The position numbers and the translations under genes were made by a program. Positions 59,486 through 64,000 of a stretch of 64,000 nt of DNA are shown here, piece after piece. The notes under the pieces are model-generated. The model ran no database searches. It worked only from the letters and a program-made list of their open reading frames with translations, and had not been told where the DNA came from. The stretch is from Myxococcales bacterium (lineage in GTDB: Bacteria; Myxococcota_A; Polyangia; Polyangiales; DASUME01). The DNA lies in contig JASGJH010000001.1 in the NCBI GenBank assembly GCA_047601445.1, positions 3,648,001-3,712,000 of the forward strand, given 5' to 3'. Every line of letters starts with the position of its first letter. Positions within the stretch are counted from its first letter, which is position 1.

Positions 59486-60181
59486 TCAGCGCAAGACGTC
59501 GGCCAGCAGATTGATGGCGAGCGCGACGATGGTCGTGTTGTAAGCGAACGAGAGCACCGAGTGAGCGAGCACCCAGCGCCGAAACGACGAGCGTGAGACC
59601 CCCACGTCCGAAACCTGGAAGGTCATGCCCACGGTGAAGGAGAAGTACGCGAAGTCGAAGTCGTCTGGCTGCTCGCCACCCGGGAAGTCGAGGCCGCCGA
59701 TGCCCCCGTCGTCATCGTAGTAGAGGTGGGCGTAGCGCAAGGTGAAGGCGGTGTGCGTCACCGCCCAGGCAGAGATCACGGCCCAGAAGGACAAAGCCGC
59801 CAGGAGCGCGCGATGCTCGGCGGGGGCCAACTCTGCGCTGTGCATGATCAACACGGCCGATACCAGGCCCACGATGCTCGCCAGCAGCACCAGGATCCAC
59901 ACGGCACGCCGTCCCGGGTCCTCCTCGGCTGCCCGCCCCTCCACCACCCCGGCATCTCCCGAGAAGACCCCGAACCAAACCAGGCTGAGGTGGAATACGG
60001 TGGCCACGTCCCAGCCGGCCACCGAGCGCAGCGGCGCGCCCCACTCGGGCGGACCGACCAACGCTGCGCACAGACCGGTCAGCGTGCAGATCAAGAGGCG
60101 CCCCACCGTGCTGCGCGGATCGAACCAGGCGAAGGGGGCAGGTTTGGGACCGCGTGGCGCGGGCACCGGCTCGTTGCTCAC
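59486..60181 (-). CDS. DUF1345 membrane protein
   Basis: HT.F.LRYAHLYY, GL.FPG...PD..DFAYFSFTVGMTFQVSDV, HS.LSF.YNT. Confidence 0.9.
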   Translation of the reverse strand: MSNEPVPAPRGPKPAPFAWFDPRSTVGRLLICTLTGLCAALVGPPEWGAPLRSVAGWDVATVFHLSLVWFGVFSGDAGVVEGRAAEEDPGRRAVWILVLLASIVGLVSAVLIMHSAELAPAEHRALLAALSFWAVISAWAVTHTAFTLRYAHLYYDDDGGIGGLDFPGGEQPDDFDFAYFSFTVGMTFQVSDVGVSRSSFRRWVLAHSVLSFAYNTTIVALAINLLADVLR

Positions 60182-60322
60182 AGGGTCAGTCTGCCCAAAC
60201 CCCGGCGCTCGATCCAATTCGTTCGGTCTCTCGTGCCGAGGCGGCAAGCCCCCGTGGGCCCTTCATTTTCGCGAGCGCTCTCGATACTGGCTCGACGGTC
60301 GCCGCGCTGCGATGCTTGGCCC

Positions 60323-61291
60323 ATGGCAGGCAGTCTCGCGGACCGGCTTCATGGGCACCTCTACACCGTAGGGCCGCGCCTCATGGGGCGCATTTCTCCC
60401 CAGCCCGAGCCGCCGCACCGCGTGTGGAAACGGCGCGTGGTGGAGGCCGGGCGGGACGTCACGCTGTCGGGGCTCCTGAGCGAACCCGAGGCGCGAAGCG
60501 CGCGCTCGAACACACTGGCCATCGTGCTTCATGGTTGTGGCGGAAAACCGTCGAGTCACTACACCACGCAGCTCGCCTATCACCTCTATCAAGCCGGTCA
60601 CACGGTGCTGCGCCTGGCCTGGCGCGGCTCCGACCTGGAGGGCGAGGACTTCTATCACGCGGGCCAAACCGCCGACCTGCACGCAGTGCTCGAGGATCCC
60701 GCGCTCGCTCATCATCAGCAGGTGTGGGCCATCGGTTTCTCACTCGGTGGCCACGCATGCCTGCACTTCGCGCACGAGTCCACCGACGCGCGCCTGGTGA
60801 AGGTGGCCGCCATCTGCCCGGTGCTGAACCTGATCCAGACGAATCACTTCATCGACAGCTCGCAAGCGGCTCTCTATCGAATCTACACGCTGCGAGGCCT
60901 GCGTGAGGGCTACGCCAAGGCCGCCGCCCGCGGACGCACGCCGACCGATCTCGCGGCGGTGTCGCGTGCCAACACCTTCCGTGCCTACGACGCGCTCACG
61001 GTGGTGCCTCGCTACGGTTTCACGTCGGTGGACGACTACTACACGCGCAGCTGCGTCTCCCGCATCGTCGATCGCATCACGCGACCCACGCTCATCCTCT
61101 CGGCGCGCCACGATCCCATGCTGCCCTGGCAGATCGCGGACGGCATGCGCGCGCGCTTCTCCTCGGCGATCACCTTCCGTTGGGCCGAGCGCGGCGGCCA
61201 CTGCGCCTTTCCGAGCGACGTGGATCTGGGCCTCGACCAGGGCGGCAGCGGCTTCGAAGACCAGCTCCACCGCTGGCTACTCGGCGAGTGA
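60323..61291 (+). CDS. YheT-like alpha/beta hydrolase
   Basis: VLHGCGG, FYHAG.T.DL, GFSLGG, GF.SVDDYY, ARHDP, GGHCAF. Confidence 0.9.
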   Translation: MAGSLADRLHGHLYTVGPRLMGRISPQPEPPHRVWKRRVVEAGRDVTLSGLLSEPEARSARSNTLAIVLHGCGGKPSSHYTTQLAYHLYQAGHTVLRLAWRGSDLEGEDFYHAGQTADLHAVLEDPALAHHQQVWAIGFSLGGHACLHFAHESTDARLVKVAAICPVLNLIQTNHFIDSSQAALYRIYTLRGLREGYAKAAARGRTPTDLAAVSRANTFRAYDALTVVPRYGFTSVDDYYTRSCVSRIVDRITRPTLILSARHDPMLPWQIADGMRARFSSAITFRWAERGGHCAFPSDVDLGLDQGGSGFEDQLHRWLLGE

Positions 61292-62434
61292 GACCTCGTC
61301 GACCCTGCGCAGATAGCGCGTGGCGGGGTTCTCCCGACGCCAGATCACCGTGTCCATGAAGTAGTGGTGGATGTTCACGAAGGCGTAGAACGTGGCGAAA
61401 TAGGGAGTCGGCCCCAGCGCCGCGCGCGTGTTCGCGCTGGGCAGGTTGCCGTCCATCGCCTGCGGTCCCCCACGAAACAAGAGCCAGCCCAGTGCGACCG
61501 CTGACACCGCGAGCCAGCCCAGGCGCACGGAGACAGGCTTCTCGAACCAGGGCGGGCCTTCCCTTTCCTGGGCCTCGGCGCGCTTGAGCAACCACACCAT
61601 GTACAAGTACTGCAGCGAGTGCAGCGCAGGGATCGCATAGCGCACGAGGGGATCGAGGCTCGAATACACCGACCACAACCAGATGCTCGAGAGGTACGCC
61701 AGGAGCGGCGTGAGCGGGGGCAGCTGCCTCTGGCGGCGCCAGCGCGCGACGAGGGTCCAGCACAGCACCGCGAAGGTCGCCAGGAAGATCAGCTGGGTGA
61801 CACGTTCGAGCCCGACGGGGTGCGCGAAGGTCACGTAGGGAACCCCCTTCTCTTCCAGGCTGCGTCCCGGGTCCGCCGGGCTCGCCCAGGCGTAAGCCCA
61901 GCCCGCATAGGCATGCGCGAGCAAGCTGGTGCGCTCTGCCGAACCGAAGAAGAACGAGCGCCGCGCCGCGAGCACGGTCAGCACGCCGAAGCCTTGCTTG
62001 ACGTAGTGCCAGCCCACCAGCAGGAACATCAACTGGATCAAGAGCCCCAGGCTCCACACCGAGGGCGCGAGCAAGGCGTAAAGCCCCCATGCCGCGAGCA
62101 CGAGCGGCACCAGCAGTCCCACGACCAGATAGCGGACCCGCTGGGCCCCGACGAACTCGGGCCCCATGCTGCGCGCACGAATCCCGCGGTAGAACAGGAG
62201 ATAGGTCACCGCGAAATGCGGGTCGTTGATCACGTGGGCGGCCCAAAACATGGTGAACCCCACCATGAGTTCGGCCTCGTCGAGCCCGAAGGCACCCCGC
62301 AGCGCGTAGGAGAGCCCGAACAGGAACGGCGTGGCTCCCCCCACCAGCAGGAACTCCACCAGGTTCGCGGACCAGGGTCGTCTCTCCCGGGCCGCGAGTC
62401 CGGCATCCTCCAGGGTGGCCGACAGGCTCGTCAT
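61277..62434 (-). CDS. Polytopic membrane protein with multiple His motifs, function unknown
   Basis: About 8-10 hydrophobic segments; HVINDPHF, WHYVKQ, HSLQY, NIHHYFMD; co-oriented downstream of the peptide genes. Confidence 0.8.
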   Translation of the reverse strand: MTSLSATLEDAGLAARERRPWSANLVEFLLVGGATPFLFGLSYALRGAFGLDEAELMVGFTMFWAAHVINDPHFAVTYLLFYRGIRARSMGPEFVGAQRVRYLVVGLLVPLVLAAWGLYALLAPSVWSLGLLIQLMFLLVGWHYVKQGFGVLTVLAARRSFFFGSAERTSLLAHAYAGWAYAWASPADPGRSLEEKGVPYVTFAHPVGLERVTQLIFLATFAVLCWTLVARWRRQRQLPPLTPLLAYLSSIWLWSVYSSLDPLVRYAIPALHSLQYLYMVWLLKRAEAQEREGPPWFEKPVSVRLGWLAVSAVALGWLLFRGGPQAMDGNLPSANTRAALGPTPYFATFYAFVNIHHYFMDTVIWRRENPATRYLRRVDEVSLAE

Positions 62435-62497
62435 CGCCGAGCATGCTGCCTGAAGTCGGGCGGGCTTGCCAGCGTGAGCCGCCGGCCTCCAAATGGC

Positions 62498-62544
62498 CGA
62501 GCTCGCACGTGGCCTGGCTGTGACCAGGACCACGTACGAGCTCG
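62498..62544. other. Long inverted repeat between the peptide genes and the membrane protein gene
   Basis: CGAGCTCGCACGTGGCCTGG-CTGTGA-CCAGGACCACGTACGAGCTCG. Confidence 0.7.
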
Positions 62545-62591
62545 TGAACCCAAGAGAGATGCGGTCAGAGACCGCACCGCTCATCGGCTTC

Positions 62592-62780
62592 TCAGCCAAC
62601 CTCGTTGAGCACGTTGCCGATGTAGCTCAGCACGTCGCCCACGTGGGTGTTGGCAGCGATGAAGCTGGCAACGTTGATGTTGTTGCAGTTGACCGAGCCG
62701 TTGCCGATGTCGGCAAGGCCACCGGCCACGGACTCAAGAGCAGACTCTTCGACGGACACGAACTGGATGGCGTTCTTCAT
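62592..62780 (-). CDS. Double-glycine-leader peptide 3 (62 aa)
   Basis: RBS AGGAGA; leader MKNAIQFVSVEESALESVAGG; paralog of the two upstream peptides. Confidence 0.85.
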   Translation of the reverse strand: MKNAIQFVSVEESALESVAGGLADIGNGSVNCNNINVASFIAANTHVGDVLSYIGNVLNEVG

Positions 62781-62891
62781 GGTGATTTCTCCTGATGCTT
62801 TTTAATGTCTTTGGGTTGTTTGCTTGATTTCAGTGACTTGATTCAGTGCAGTACTCAGAAACCTGGAACGACCTATTGGGTCGTCCGGAGC

Positions 62892-63116
62892 TCAGCAGAG
62901 CGGGCCTTCGCCGCCCACGGGGCAGCAGCTGCTCACGTCGTTGAGGATGTTCAGGATGTAGCTGCCGACGTCGCCCACCGAGGTGTTGGCGCTGAGGAAG
63001 CTAGCCACGTTGATGTTGTTGTGGTTCACCGAGCCGTTGCCGATGTCGGCAAGGCCGCCGGCCACGGACTCCAGCGCAGACTCTTCGACGGACACGAACT
63101 GGATGGCGTTCTTCAT
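62892..63116 (-). CDS. Double-glycine-leader peptide 2 (74 aa, C-terminal CCPVGGEGPLC)
   Basis: RBS AGGAGA; leader identical in protein sequence to peptide 3. Confidence 0.85.
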   Translation of the reverse strand: MKNAIQFVSVEESALESVAGGLADIGNGSVNHNNINVASFLSANTSVGDVGSYILNILNDVSSCCPVGGEGPLC

Positions 63117-63186
63117 GATGATCTCTCCTGTGCGTTCTTTGATTCGAGCGTTGGTTATCGAGCGTTGAACTGCGGAAAACTTGGGC

Positions 63187-63417
63187 TCAGTCGGTGGGCT
63201 GAGCAGAGGAGCCGCAACCGCCGCCACAGCCGTGGACCTGATTGAGCACGTTGAGCAGCACGCTGGCGACGTCGCCGAGACCGGTGTTGATGGTCACGTT
63301 GCTGAGCACGTTGATGTTGTTGCCGTTGAGCGAGCCGTTGAGGACGTCGGCGAGGCCGCCGGACACGCTCTCGAGGGCCTGCTCATCGACGGACACGAAC
63401 TGGATCTGCGTGGTCAT
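63187..63417 (-). CDS. Double-glycine-leader peptide 1 (76 aa, C-terminal GCGGGCG)
   Basis: RBS AGGAG; leader MTTQIQFVSVDEQALESVSGG. Confidence 0.85.
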   Translation of the reverse strand: MTTQIQFVSVDEQALESVSGGLADVLNGSLNGNNINVLSNVTINTGLGDVASVLLNVLNQVHGCGGGCGSSAQPTD

Positions 63418-63522
63418 GGTGATTGCTCCTGGTTGCTTGGGTGTTGGTTCTCGTGTGCGAGCTCGAGTCAGCCGGACCGCGAATCTGCTCGTCGTCCTCA
63501 GCGTCTCGTGACCAGGTGCTTG

Positions 63523-63539
63523 AGCAGGAGTCGTGCCGG
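63523..63539 (-). promoter_or_regulatory. Sigma54 -24/-12 promoter for the peptide cluster
   Basis: Minus strand CCGGCACGACTCCTGCT = GGCACG-N4-CTGCT (GG-N10-GC), ~105 bp upstream of the peptide 1 ATG. Confidence 0.65.
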
Positions 63540-63627
63540 GTCGCACACGAGGGCACGGCTTCGCACGCAGGCGAGCGACGAGTTCGATCGCATCGCGCGC
63601 ACGTCAGCGCACGGTTCGGCACGGGTT

Positions 63628-63713
63628 CGCGCACTTGCACCGCGGCGGCGTTCCCAACTGCGTGCAGGCGGTTCGAGCGTTCGCCGGGCGCCGGGTCCGC
63701 GCGCGCACTTGCA
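63628..63713. repeat. 12-bp direct repeat CGCGCACTTGCA x2 (candidate enhancer-binding sites)
   Basis: Exact copies at 63628-63639 and 63702-63713, upstream of the sigma54 motif. Confidence 0.5.
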
Positions 63714-64000
63714 GGGGGCCGCCGTTTGATGAAGCAGCTCACAGCCGGCGGCCCGTGAGGTCAAGGCGGTTGGCGGCGGAGCCGCTAGCCATGGCGACTA
63801 GCGAGGTGGCCGCCACTCGAGCCCAGGCCCCGAAGCCTCCCTCTAAACGCCGATCAAGTGAGGCACTTTGGCCTTGTTCAACGGGAGGCACGCGCCACTC
63901 CCGCCCGTCGCGGCGAAGCCGCGCCCCGGACCCACCCTCCGCGGGGTTCGTTGCGCTCACGAAATCCGTTGAGGTCTGGGCACCTTCGGCCCGGGTCTTC

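Noticed and set aside
60323..61291. YheT-like hydrolase as the leader peptidase of the peptide cluster
   Set aside because: Convergent orientation, and the family is a generic esterase; no sequence evidence for a link
62592..63417. Repeated DNA as a CRISPR array or assembly duplication
   Set aside because: Copies are ORFs with RBSs and mostly synonymous divergence
63739..63960. 73-aa minus-strand ORF as part of the peptide cluster
   Set aside because: Poor codon bias and no motif; probably intergenic

Overview
GC-rich bacterial DNA that looks myxobacterial (inferred from gene content: DUF1552/DUF1592 pair, ECF sigma-TPR cassette, many lipoproteins with GDGDG/DAG linkers, hybrid kinases). 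About 55 protein-coding genes are supportable. I saw no rRNA, tRNA, CRISPR array or mobile element. Most genes are ordinary accessory functions: hydrolases, transporters, AraC regulators and a DesA3-like desaturase pair. The best candidate for an undescribed system is at 61.3-63.7 kb. There a sigma54-type promoter precedes three paralogous small peptides with double-glycine leaders and Asn/Val/Leu/Ile-rich cores lacking Lys/Arg, followed by a strong hairpin and a His-motif polytopic membrane protein (candidate RiPP-like or functional-amyloid locus). The second candidate is the 40.0-46.4 kb operon: thymidylate-kinase-like protein fused to a ~27-aa helical repeat array, DUF4956-like protein, lipoprotein, porin and CotH kinase, preceded by Pho-box-like 11-bp repeats. 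Two +1 frameshifts (~3600 and ~36065) may be sequencing errors. Family names come from motif recognition by eye, not database searches, and many start codons are my re-assignments of the supplied ORF track.
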